A stretch of 64,000 bases of DNA from Coniocarpon cinnabarinum. Lineage: Eukaryota. Each line of letters starts with the position of its first letter. Position 1 is the stretch's first letter. Location: the NCBI GenBank assembly GCA_051942205.1, contig JAVECO010000112.1, positions 1 through 64,000 of the forward strand, given 5' to 3'. Under the pieces are notes generated by a model. The model searched no databases, was not told where the DNA came from, and worked only from the letters and a program-made list of their open reading frames with translations. Positions 35,759 through 48,451 of the stretch are shown piece by piece. Both the position numbers and the translations under genes were made by a program.

Positions 35759-38019
35759 ATGCGGTCTTTCAACCCCATCCGCCTGCTGTCTTCACGGAGC
35801 AGCTACTCCGAGAAGCTGCCTGACCATGGCGGTCCTAATGGCGCCGCCGCCTTCAATGGTCAAAGGGGCCGCTGGGCCTTTGCCTCAGGGACTACGCAAC
35901 GGCTGCGGGCGGGCAAAGTCTCTCTGCGGATGGCGACAGCGGCGATAGCATTCTTTGTTCTTGTGATATATTTATTCAGCATGCTCTTCAGCAGCAGCAA
36001 CGACAATTTAATACCAGAAGATGAAACCAGTGCAGAGGTGCACGCCAACACTCGTTACTGGGAGGTATTTCCGAGGTACATATCTAAGAAGTAGGAACAC
36101 CTGCGGCTGCTTCCGAAGGCTAACTCGAGTCTGTCAGGTTGAATGGTTACTACAACGGCGTCAAGACATTGGTGAAATGGCAGGACTGGATCCCGGACGA
36201 GTTACAAAGAGACTATTGGGGCTACATGAATGACGAATCCCGTCGCAGCGGCAACAGTAGCCTGGAAGATGGCTCTTCAGCTCGTCTTGCGGCCTTGCCC
36301 CTTCAGCCCAAGATTTTCAACCCTTACCCACCGTACAACTCTTCAGAGTGGCTCGAGGAACACTATCCCGTTCATCAGTGCTTCATTGACGAGCGAGAAA
36401 CTCAGCCCGCACCTAACATGTTTGTCTTTCCGGGTGTGCCACAAAACATGGTGATGCCCTTCTTTGGTTCTCACGACGAGCTTGGTCTCACCAACGGTAT
36501 CTGCTTCGAGCGCTTTGGTCGTCTTGGCCCGTACGGATACGGTTACAACGCTCAGGAAGGAGGGCTAGGACTGGGCCTGCGGTCCGAACAAGAAGGCGCA
36601 GAGACTATCTGGCAGACACAGAAGAAAGTGGATTACCGCCAGGTTGATTGGGGCTTGGCGCAAGAGAGATGCTTCGAGAAAAACAAGCAGCGATTCTACA
36701 CTCCTGCAGAACGACAGTCTTCCCTAGAGAAGCGGTCCGATCCGTCTAGCGGAGCTGCTCGAGGCTCCGGAGGAAAGAAAAAGCTGCCCCGGACTGCCTA
36801 TGTGCTCAGGACCTACACGGGCTTCGAGTACACTGCGCATGAGATCATTACCCTGCGCGCAATGATCAATGAGCTATCTCTGAAATCAGGCGGCGAATAC
36901 GATGTTCATCTGCTGCTTCATGTGAAAGACGACACCATACCCATCTGGACATCGAAAGAGGTATATCAGAAAGTCATCGAGGAGAACATTCCTCCCGAAT
37001 TTTGGGGCATTACAACTTTGTGGTCGGTTCAGCAAATGCGGCTGTACTACCCAGGTCCATTCGGCGAGCCTCCTGCCAACATTGCAGGTCAGGAGATTCA
37101 TGGCGTTTACCGAAGTGCTCACTTTGCCCTACAGTGGTTCGCGCAGGAGCATCAGGAGTATGAGTACATCTGGAACTGGGAAATGGATATTCGGTACTCG
37201 GGTCACTACTACGAATTTCACAATAGTGTGATAGAGTGGGCTAAGCAGCAGCCTCGACGCGGTCTCTGGGAGCGTAACGAAAAGTTCTGGATACCGGCGT
37301 ATCACGGCGACTGGCAGAACTTCACCAGATTTGTGGACAAGGAAACGCTTGACATGGGCGGCTTGCCCGTATGGGGACCCGTGTCCTTTCCCAATAGCGG
37401 TATGCTCGAATCACCTCCAGAGAATTCTCCTCCGCGCAGCTACTTCGACGACGATTTTGAGTGGGGTGTGGGTGAAGATGCGGACATCATCACATTCAAT
37501 CCAATCTTCGACCCTGGCAAAACCAACTGGGTCTTTCGAAAGGACATTTCTGGCTACGACCTGAACCTGCCCATCCCTCCAAGGCGGTGTGCCATTATTA
37601 CCGTCGCTCGCTTATCTCGTCGACTGCTAGATATGATGCATGAGGAGACTTATATCGGGAAGCATTCGGCCTTTCCTGAGATGTGGCCACCTACTGTTGC
37701 TCTTCACCACGGCTTCAAAGCTGTCTACATTCCCCATCCCGTCTTTTTTGACCGAAAGTGGCCTCTCGATTACATGGATCAGGTGTTCAACTATCCAGAA
37801 AACAAAATCAATTCGCCATTTGGGTGGGGTGAACACAATTGGCTTGGGAGTAGCTTCTACTACAACTCAGGCTTTTCGGGTGCTCTTTGGAGACGATGGC
37901 TTGGCGAGAGAGAGAATGATGAGGGCGGTGCGAGTGCTGAAATCGAAGGCTCCGGGCGCATGTGTCTTCCGTCGACTCTACACCACCCCATCAAAAACGA
38001 AAACATGCCCGAGTCATGA
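35759..38019 (+). CDS. DUF3405-family type II membrane protein; intron 36076-36137
   Basis: N-terminal TM; CFERFGRLGPYGY, LRAMINELSL.SGGEYDV, WNWEMDIRYSGH, EMWPPTVALHHG.KAVY.PHP, C-terminal LHHPIK. Confidence 0.85.
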
Positions 38020-39221
38020 AAAGCTCGTTTTACGACAGACACGGTGGGATAGGAGGTGCGGTATTTCTTGGCATACGGCGCTGGTGTTGCGCATTCGTGG
38101 GCGTTTTGGCAGCACTTGAGCAAATAGGACGGCGTACAAAGGTGGGTTCAAGGACTGGATGACCAGTGAAATGGTCAAAGGAAACCAGCCTTCGTGGCCT
38201 CAAATTCCTGTCTGATTGACCGAGGGGAAAGAGAAGTTACGGAAGAAGCATCACTAGGATGATGGCGCGTGCGGCATTTGCTCTGACCAACATGGGCTAC
38301 ACCTCCCTCGAGATCCTGACCCTGGGTAGGGGTAGTCACGACGTTACTAAAACCCGAAGAAGCGGAAAACGGGATGGAGGAAGAGGGAGGATGAAGGGGA
38401 CAACCAAGGCATTGACGGGCCGATTTTGAGAAGTTCGGGCTGTCTTTGTCAGAACTGTATTGGTATAGAAAGTGTATGACAACCAATTGTCGATCCATGA
38501 TACGTGTTTGACCACGTATCCGGTTGAGGCACTGACTCTAACGTCTCACCGTAGCTGCTTGAGCGAGGTGTTGTGCTTACGCAAAACACAACGTCTCGAT
38601 CGATTCATGTCGTTGCTTCTTGCACTGCTGCAGGAATCTGGGTCGACCTTCTGCAAGATGCTGCCATTCAGTGGGCTTCGACCACCAACGGGCGACGAGA
38701 CACTTGACTGTAGCGGGACATCCGGAAAGAGAAGTTGTTGATGGATGACGTGAATGCGTGCACGGACTTCATCCTGCGAAGCGGCCACTGCGCAATATGA
38801 CGTCCTATGGCTCGCTGCTTGCCTCGACCTGACCATTTTCCAGACCTCAGCAAATGCAGTCACTCCTTCTTGAGTAACATCCCCATCTCCACGCCCTCAA
38901 ACCCGGGCCACAGTCTTCAAGCAAGCTTTTGTGGCCTTCCTTTGCTCACTGCCGGCTCCAGCAGTCCCAGCATCGGAATACGTCGACGTCGATCCATTGC
39001 GGCAAACATCTGCAGCCAAGTCTATCCTTTGTTACTGCCCATACGTCCGATCAGTACCTTTTTATTGTCTGAAGCACCATCCCATAGGAGCATCGCCGTG
39101 CAGGGCAACACTGCGCAGGTAGTATTTCATCTCCCTAACCACCTGTACCGAACCGACGTAGTTGTCCTAGCCAAACCCCCGCGCACCACCAGCAGCGACT
39201 CCAGTTCAACCTACTTTCGTC

Positions 39222-41513
39222 ATGTCAACCATTCAAAATTTCAAGAATTTCTTACGGCATGGAAAACAGGCCAGGACGCCTGTCCCTCCACACGCTGATC
39301 CGACCACCAATGTCAGTCCAGTGAACATTCAGCAACAGCCGCGCCAGCCTGCGCCAGCGCCAGCGCAAAACAATCTCCAGCATGGTGTTACAGAGCCGGA
39401 TCTGCTTGACGTGAACAGGTCTCCTCCACCAGCACCAGCTCAAGCTCCTATAGGTGGATTCAGTGCACAACCAGCCGGTAATCAAAATCAAGCCGCAAGA
39501 GCCCAAGATGTTGTTGCCAAAGCCGCCGGTGATCATCAGAAGATTCATGAGCAACCTCTTAAAAATAACTCTGGCTCCAAGAAGGCCGATTACGACCCCA
39601 GTGTGATTGAGCGAATCGTTGCTGAGGAGAGAGAGAGTAAGGGCAAGATGCCTAGATATCCGGGTCTTGAGCGATGGCAATTGATCGAGAAGATGGGAGA
39701 CGGTGCCTTCAGCAACGTGTACCGTGCTCGCGATACTCAAGGTCGATATCCCGAAGTTGCCATCAAGGTGGTTCGCAAATTTGAAATGAACTCAAGCCAG
39801 GTAAGCAGCCCTATCATGGTTCACATTTGCACAAACCTCCGGGCTTTCTGCTCCTCTTCTTTCGTGTAAAACTCTACTTGTCCCGAATTCGATTGCAATA
39901 CCGACATTAAGTTTCACAGGGCGCCAATGTCCTCCATCCTGACTTCAAGCCAAAGAAGGAGACTAAGACCGTGGAGGTGCGCCCGAAAACAATCCTTCAA
40001 AGCACATCTTGGTGAACCTAGGTAGTTCATAAACTGACTTGTCTTCTTATAGCGTTCGAATATCCTTAAAGAGGTCCAGATTATGAGGAAGATTGACCAT
40101 CCCAACATCGTGAGGCTGGTTGATTTCTCAGAGGCGAAGCAGTATTACTACATCGTCCTAGAGTTGTGCCCTGGGGGCGAGCTCTTCCACCAGATTGTTC
40201 GTCTTACATACTTCAGCGAGGATCTTGCTCGTCATGTTATTGTTCAGGTCGCCAAGGCATTGGAGTACTTGCATGAAGAGGCTGGCGTTGTGCATCGGTG
40301 AGTACAAACAACACGTGCAATGCAGTTGACCGCGTGCTTACTATTCTCTAGTGACATTAAACCGGAAAACTTGTTATTCTACGGGATACCTTTCATTCCC
40401 ACGAAGAATCCAAAGCCTAAACAGCCGGACGACGAAGACAAGGCCGACGAGGGTGAATTCATCAAGGGCGTGGGCTCAGGTGGGATCGGCGTTATTAAGA
40501 TTGCTGATTTTGGTCTCTCCAAGGTGATTTGGGACACACAAACAATGACACCCTGCGGAACCGTCGGTTACACTGCACCCGAAATCGTGAAGGACGAGCG
40601 TTACTCAAAGAGCGTCGACATGTGGGCTCTTGGTTGTGTGCTATACACACTCCTTTGTGGCTTCCCGCCTTTCTACGACGAAAGTATACAGGTGCTCACC
40701 GAAAAGGTTGCTCGTGGCCAGTATACATTCCTGAGCCCATGGTGGGACGACATCAGCAAAAGTGCTCAGGACCTCGTCTCGCACCTGTTGACCGTGGATC
40801 CGGACAAGCGCTATGACATTAAGCAGTTCCTCAGTCATCCCTGGATTCGAGAATCGGAGGAAGAAACTACAGCTGCAGCTGACGCTCCGCCGCTTGCAAC
40901 ACCACTTGCGACACGTCAGAAGGTGGAGAGTGCTGGCCTGCAACCTCCATCGGCTAACTTGTTCGATTCGCCAACCCCGAGTGGTCGTCGTGGGTACCAA
41001 GACTTCCGCTCACCCGGAGCCGTCAACTTGCGCGAGGTCTTTGATGTTGGTTATGCTGTTCACCGACAAGAGGAGGAGACAAAGCGTCGAAAGAACCATC
41101 CGCAGGGCTACCGTGGCGCTGCCAATGGCTTAACCTCACTGAATGCGCCAGACGAAAATGATGAGTATGACGATGACTTCAACGCCGGATCGGCGCCGTA
41201 TCCGCCTGAACAAAATCCGCCCGCGAAGTTACCGAAGAGTCAGGCAGCTGATGTTTCTTCCATGGAGGCAAAGATGCGCAACACGTCTTTAAGCGCAGCA
41301 GCACAAGCCAGAGGAGCACAGTACAGCGGACAGTCTACCAGACAGCCAGCGCAACAAAAGGGTTACGGTCAGCACAGTCCAGCCGTTGCAGCGGCAGCAA
41401 GAAAGCAAGTCAAGAATTCGGAACCTTTCGAGCTGAGTCTCGATAACGCAACACTCCTAGGCAGAAGAGGTAAGAAGGATGCAAGCGGGCTGCGACAGCA
41501 GATGGTGCAGTGA
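39222..41513 (+). CDS. SRK1: CaMK-group MAPK-activated kinase Srk1/Rck2; exons 39222-39800, 39920-39976, 40053-40298, ~40352-41513
   Basis: MSTIQNFKNFLRHGKQA start, GDGAFSNV, AIK, HR|DIKPEN, KADEGEF insert, DFGLSK, TPCGTVGYTAPE. Confidence 0.93.
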
Positions 41514-42381
41514 TACTGCATGCGGCTAAACAAGTTACTGGCAGAGAAAGGGAGCATACGAGGGCGGAGTAATGGGTGAAGACGCCGCATATGTGGTAAA
41601 ACGGAAAACTCAAGTGCGGTTTGACTCAGCGCTTTTTAGATTTGTCTATGCGAGCATGAATCGGCGTTGGAGTAGATTTCAGATGCAACCGACTGAATTC
41701 CACTTCATCTTAAAATTCATTTGGGACCATACAACTCCTACTGCGTCTACCCACCAAGAAGATTTGCACGTTTTGCTCAAGTGATCGTCTTCAGAGCACA
41801 AAGGAAGACCTCCTCACTGCACGTGCCCTCCCTGCCACCGAACAAACCGCGTATTAAGCAGACACTGAAGCGTAATGCAAGAGCTTAGGGAATTGAAAAT
41901 ATGCCAGTACTATTGTCCAATTGCGGCACAATCAGGTCGTGTGGTTAGCTATTAGCTAGGTGGATAAGGTATGTATCCACGTTGGTATACGCTAGTTTAT
42001 TACCTATCTGGGCTCTGAACTGTGCATCACACAACTTCACCTCAAGGTCGAGCAGCATTCTGTAAAGCTTCATTAAGGTCCTACCGCCTAGAACCTGACT
42101 TGCTCTCTGCAGTTTCGTGTCCACATTTGCCTCTTCCTACAAGTCTAATCAAGATCAGCCTCTTCCATTACTCGACACCAGCTCTTGCTCACATTGGTGA
42201 TATCTACACTGCCAATTTTGAGTTTGAACCCTAGGCTTCGTTGAGATCCGTATCTACAAAAATCGCATCAGAGATCTAACTATCAAGCTTTGGTTACATT
42301 GCAACCATCGATCACCTTAGGTGACGCTATACCTCACCGGACGCTCTAGCACAACAGCTAGAAGCACCCTGGCTTCTTCCA

Positions 42382-44009
42382 ATGGCCGAACAATTGTCCC
42401 AACAGTTGGCCGCAACCAATCTCAAGTAAGGAAACGAAGGACAATGTTAGATCAGGATGTTGTTTTAATTTGTGCATAGTAATGACACGAGTGAATGGAA
42501 ACAGGGACTAAAGAGTCCCGTAAGAGACAGCAGAGTCCAGACTGAGGTTCGCTTTAACTGGAGAAGTAGATCATCCGCCCGACTGACGAAACTTCACAGG
42601 ATGTCACCGGCACCAAAGGCATTGAGTTTGATGAAATGCTCATCAAGCGTCCCCTCATGGCCGGAGTCTATGAAGCTGGTTTCGAGAAGCCCTCGCCAAT
42701 TCAAGAGGCAGCTATACCAGTCGCGTTGACCGGACGCGACATACTTGCCCGAGCGAAGAACGGGACTGGCAAGACCGGCGCATTCACAATACCTACTCTT
42801 GAGAAAATTGATCCCAAGGTCTCCGTCATCCAGGCCTTGATCCTCGTACCTACGCGGGAGCTTTGTTTCCAGCATTCGCAAGTCTGCAAAACGCTAGGGA
42901 AATATCTGGATCTTCAAATAATGGTGTCAACAGGTGGAACGAACCTGCGTGATGACATTGTTCGTCTTGACCAGACTGTCCACGTTGTTGTCGGCACACC
43001 TGGACGGATCGTCGATCTGGCTGGTAAAGGCATAGCAGACCTCTCTCAATGCACGACCTTTGTGATGGATGAAGCCGACAAGCTCTTATCTCCCGAATTC
43101 ACTCCACAGATTGAACAGCTGCTCAATATGTGTTCACCAGAGCGACAGATCATGCTCTTCAGCGCGACGTTTCCGCTTGCGGTCAAGGAGTTCAAGGTAC
43201 GCCCCTAAAGCCTTTCTACGCCCGCATTACACTAAGAATGGCACCAGGACAAACACATGAAGCAGCCGCATGAGATAAATCTCATGGACGAGCTAACACT
43301 CAAGGGCATCACGCAATACTATGCGTTTGTTCGAGAAGACCAGAAGGTGCACTGTTTGAACACACTGTTTTCAAAGTTGCAAATCAATCAATCCATCATT
43401 TTCTGCAACTCAACCTCGCGGGTGGAACTGCTTGCGAAGAAGATCACCGAACTTGGCTATTCGTGTTACTACTCTCACGCCAAAATGCAGCAACAAAATC
43501 GCAATCGAGTCTTCCACGACTTCAGAAACGGAGCCTGCCGCAATCTCGTGTGCTCCGACCTGCTGACACGAGGGATTGATATCCAGGCTGTTAATGTCGT
43601 GATCAATTTCGATTTTCCCAAACACGCAGAGACATACTTGCATCGCATTGGACGGTCAGGTCGCTATGGACACTTAGGTATCGCTATCAACATGGTGACT
43701 TGGGAAGACCGTTTCAACCTGTACAAGATCGAACAAGAACTTGGATGCGAGATTCAGTCGATCCCATCTACCATCGAGAAGTCCCTTTACGTATACGACA
43801 GCCCAGAGAACATTCCAAAACCAGCTGCTGGCTTGCCACCTCCTCAGAGTCTTGGCCGAAACTCGCAAGGTGATCTGAACGGACGCCCGAGTAATCCTGG
43901 ACAAAATCGTGGGCGTGGTGGACGCTTTCGCGGAGCACCGCGCGGTGGTGCTATGAATGGTCAATCCGGAAGAGGTCGACCGCCTCAGGGACAAACTCTA
44001 CAAGTGTAA
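42382..44009 (+). CDS. DHH1: DEAD-box RNA helicase Dhh1/DDX6; exons 42382-42425, 42480-42546, 42600-43196, 43248-44009
   Basis: [80 protein letters not shown] tail. Confidence 0.97.
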
Positions 44010-44821
44010 TGAGCTCTTTTGCTTCATGGTGTTCTCGGCATTTTGAACAAAAGCATATGCACTGCTTTCGCTATCCGGATACCCTAGGTTGCACACTTTT
44101 TTTGTTCAGCATGATCACGCATACACGAATTGAATGACACCAGCAGACACATGATACGCTCATCTACAACACCTTGCAACTCTGCGCCCGGTTCCCAACA
44201 CTGTCCCGTATTTCGCCAAGACCCACTGGCAACACATGATTGGAGACCGAAGCGGCATTTGTCGTCTTCTGACGTCCCATCAACTGATCCTTCATCCCGC
44301 ACGAAATCCTTGCTCGAGCTCGAGCATGTATTATAATACCCACATGATCGTTCATTCTTGCGCCTCTGGTGTGTTTCTTGGCCTGCCGAGAGCATTTTGG
44401 ATCCACCGCTCAACGACGCAAGTGGAAGACTCGATCAGCAGCCACATTAACCTCAGGTCGAATATCAACACAAGCATAATTCAAAGAAAAAATCACAAAA
44501 AAAAGTTTTTTTTGGGAGGGAGCCGTTAGAGGAATTGATGCGAAGTTTGGCACAAGTGGTGTTGCTTATCCTACACGCACTGTCCATAGCTCTAATGTCA
44601 TGTGAATTCCCCTCCCCGTTGTTTGTATTCCTTGCTTGCTTCACGTGTTTTTGTCGAATCTGCCAGGGTAAAACTCCCGACGTTGTGATCAGTCGGCGGA
44701 GATAAGCGGGGTCATCAGTGAAACTTGGATACTACAATGTGGACCAGAACTACACCGCCTTGCAACAATCTACAGTCACCGCGTCTAGCTTCATAATGAC
44801 ACGTCAGAAAAGCACAAGCTC

Positions 44822-46353
44822 ATGAATGCTCCTCTCCGTGTCATTGAATGTGTCGCGCGCTTGAGCCAGCAAAGATGTTTCAGAAACGTTCATCCCAATC
44901 GCCCCATCCTACAAGAATCACGATATAGCCGACGTCCATGCTTCCAGACGGTCCAAGCACGCGCGCTCCACACATCAGAAGCAACGCGAGCGCCTCAGGC
45001 TCGACACAGAGAAGGCGAGCAAGTCTCAAGGGCGAGGGATGGCAAGAACACAAAGCGTAAACCTCCTCGCTCGCCGGCTGCGAATGCATCACTTCGCAAG
45101 GTGGCGTTTGAAGCGGAGCGGTCGCGCGGGCGGACGAGAGAAGGCGAGAATTTGACAGCACATAAGCTGGTCGCCCGTCACGACGAGGATACCAAGGTAT
45201 GCGGACATGGTAACATGAGAGAGTCACACCTAGCTAACGTAGAGAGAAGACGGTGACGGCCTACTGCGCCGCTGAACAGTACAGTCTCGAATCTGTCGCC
45301 TTCGTGCTCGGCAATGCCGGCTACGTACTTGATCCGCTGCAGACGAAACTGTATCCACAAGTCGTGCATTTCCAGATGCCCTCACTCGCCTTTGCGGAAG
45401 GCGAACTTGACGCCACCGCCGACTCCAGTGAGCTTCTTGGCGATGTCTTCGTTTTTCCCTCTGGCACCGTCGTCGCCTGGGATGTGGACGAAGAGCGTGT
45501 GCAGCAGTTGATCTCGGGCGCGTTGAGATATGCGGCGGTCAATGCCCATCCAAATCTCGTAGAGACCGAGGATCTAGACTACTTCGAAGATGGATCAGTC
45601 GAGAAGAGCGCCGTGGTTGGTGACACAATTAGGTTGGGCACCAAGCCGCTCCCGTCGATACTTGCTGCGCGCGAAGGTGACATAGGGAGCGACGTCGGGA
45701 GGAGCAACCATGCGTCCAGCCATTATGGTGACGAGCCCAACATCGACTTCTACCAGCTGGGTTCTGAGCAGCAACAGGAGCATCGACAGAATTTGGCGCT
45801 GGCTAAGATTGCCTTTTCATCCGGCCTCGCACGCAGCACCAAAGTTGCAGTCCTAGAATCGCTCCTCGACACCTACTTCGCCAACACGCAGGATATACCA
45901 CGACTGCTCTCGAAAGGCTCCCGCCTGCCATTTGGCCGCGCTTTCATGTTGAGAAAGACAGGTGAGCTGCTGTCGGTTCGGGCTCAGCTGAACCTGACGG
46001 AGCTCATCGACCGGCTCCCGGACTTGTTCTGGGACAGTCGGCACGAACTGGGTCTTGAGGGCTATTTTGATTATGTTGGGCGGGCATTGGATGTCAATGT
46101 GCGTATCAGGACTCTAAACGAGCGGATGGATTATGCACAGGAGATTGCAGCGATCCTAAGGGAGAACTTGGGTCAGAAGCATAGCCTACTTCTGGAGTGG
46201 CTCATCATTGGGCTGATCTCGATAGAGGTTGCAGTTGAAGGATGGAAGATATGGACTGAATGGAGTGCGAGAAGTGATCCTCACTCGACGGAGAATTTAA
46301 TGCATAGGTGGTTAGAAAAGGAGCTCGATACCCATGGTGAACCTGAATTGTGA
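44822..46353 (+). CDS. DUF155 (RMND1/Mrx10/Rmd1-like) probable mitochondrial protein; intron 45197-45249
   Basis: Arg-rich presequence-like exon 1; TAYCAAEQY, VFVFPSGTVVAW, AFSSGLARSTK, LDVNVRI..LNERMDY, LEWLIIGLISIEV. Confidence 0.88.
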
Positions 46354-46709
46354 TCAGGCTTCTCACAATGTCTCCACATTCATCCGTTGCCGTCTGGTAG
46401 CTCAGCAGTCACCTGTTCTATTTTCCCTACCGATGTGTTCGCTGTTCAAGGAGGCTACTGCTGACTCAATCCGTGACTAGAATGGGAGGCCGGAGCCTTT
46501 GCCTGCTTCGCCGGTGGTTTGTGAAACACCAGTGGGCGCTCTGGTAATGTGTGAGGCCCTGTCACTGTAGCGTGGAAACGCACAAATGCCTTGCCAAATG
46601 ATAACTCCAATTCGCTCTGAAACATTACCTGATGAAGGCACGCCGTACAGGCTTTCCAGTTGATCAACGACCTCCGACTCGACTGGTATCTATCTACAGC
46701 ACGTATAAA

Positions 46710-48069
46710 TTACGAGATGACCCTCAGCGTCAGCTCCGCGCTGCGTATCATTAGCATTTACGCACGTACAAGCAGATAGACAGCACTTACACAGCAAAAG
46801 TCGCCGCACTGACAGGCATAGCCCTCACCAAAGTCGGTCCAATCCCACGAAAGAACCCGCGCATCCCCTCCTCCCTCCACGTCTGCCCAAACGCATCTCT
46901 CATCCTCGGAAACCGCTGCTGCGTCAACACCTTCTCCGCCATTTCCGCCTTGCTCGCACCCGCCTGTGCAGGTGCACCAGCAGGACTCGCTGAAGCCGCG
47001 CCTACATTGCCCGCTGCTGCCGCTCTTTGTGCGGACGCAGCTTGTGCGGCGGTCCTCAGTACGGCTTGTCTCGACGCACCGAGACCGTCGGCTTGCATCT
47101 TGCTTTTGACGACGTCAAAGGGGTAGCTGCTTATCCACAGCATTTCACCTGCGAGTCCGCCGTAGAAAGCAAGACGGTAAGCCTCCACGTCCTTTCGGGA
47201 CTGCAGTTTTCGTCTCGCCACGTCCCGCGCCATGAGCCACTCGTACGTCAAGAACCAGACGCCGTACGCCTGCAACTCTCGCAGTATATTCGCCGATTGC
47301 CCCCGGAAGAGCCCAGGCAATCCTGCATGTCGCACAAGCGTGCGAATGCAATCGAGTGGTCCCGCATAAATCCTTTGCGAATGCGGCTGCGTCTGCATCC
47401 GGATCCTCACGTGCTCAATAGGCCCACTAAGTACCGAGTTCGTGACACCCGCAAAAGCACCAGCGGCATAGTACTGTGGCAAGGAAAGAGCAGCGGTGGA
47501 GTTATTGGACCGCTCGAAGTAACGGCGAGCGAGGTGGAAGCCGCCGAATTGGATGGATACGCAGGCGCCGATTCCCAGGAGAGGGGTAAGGGTGCCTTTG
47601 TAGAAGGCGAGGGGGCCTTCTTGAGTGTAGATGTTTGAGGCGCAGGAGAGGGCGGTGGTGCGGGAGGTGCTTGTTTGGAGGCGGACTTTGACGATGTCTG
47701 GGATGCGTTAGTGGGAGTTGTGGTGGTTGTGTGAGGATGGATTTGCACACACCAAATGGTTGGCCTGCTGAAAGTTAGCATTTCAAGCAGATATATCAAG
47801 ATTTGATTACTCTCGCCACTTGATAATGGGCAAGCCCTTCTTCGACCAAGTAATGGTGTTCCAATGGCTTCCAATTCGTGGTCGGGTGTCCTCCTATGGA
47901 CCTTGCATCTTTATATTTTGAATTGGTTTGCATAGGTGATGGTGAAGACTAACTTACCGATCAAGACTTGAGCGATGCCGCCACAGGCGCCAGAGAACAA
48001 ATCCTTCGCAACTTGCTTTGGGTCACCGGTTGTGGGAGCCTCCAGCTCGGATATGTCTGTGGAAGCCAT
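46710..48069 (-). CDS. Mitochondrial carrier (YMC1/carnitine-acylcarnitine carrier-like); exons 48069-47958, 47764-47753, 47697-46791, 46740-46710
   Basis: Three carrier signatures: GQPFDIVKVRLQ (across a 12-nt micro-exon), GPIEHVRIRMQ, YPFDVVKSKMQ; GGIAQVLIG and RAMPVSAATF typical of YMC1. Confidence 0.92.
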
Positions 48070-48451
48070 GGCTTGGCCCAGTCAATGCTTCCGTGGAGTC
48101 GCGAACCTATCCTTAGCCCAAGGTCAAGTCACGCGAACCGACTCATGCATGCATACTCATTGTGAGAAGGCAGCGTCACGCACTGGCAAACAACGAAGCT
48201 AGCCCGGCAGGAAGCACGATTTTTCAAACGTCAAGTTGGGTTTTCCGAAGTCGCGCCCGTTTCGGAAAGCGAAGAAGCGGCGGCGTGCAACGCATCGCAT
48301 TGAAGGGAGGAGCACGTGGGGTTGGAAGGCTCACAAATACATCCTCCTTTGAATGGTCGTGGAGGCAGTGGTAACCGAATAGACAATGCCTATTCCCGCT
48401 CAGATGCAAATATATGTACAAGGGTGCCTTCACTCCATCTATGCAGGGCCT

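Noticed and set aside
47765..47957. Unusually long (193 nt) intron as possible snoRNA host
   Set aside because: No box C/D pair or convincing H/ACA structure seen by eye; an Infernal/Rfam scan would be needed
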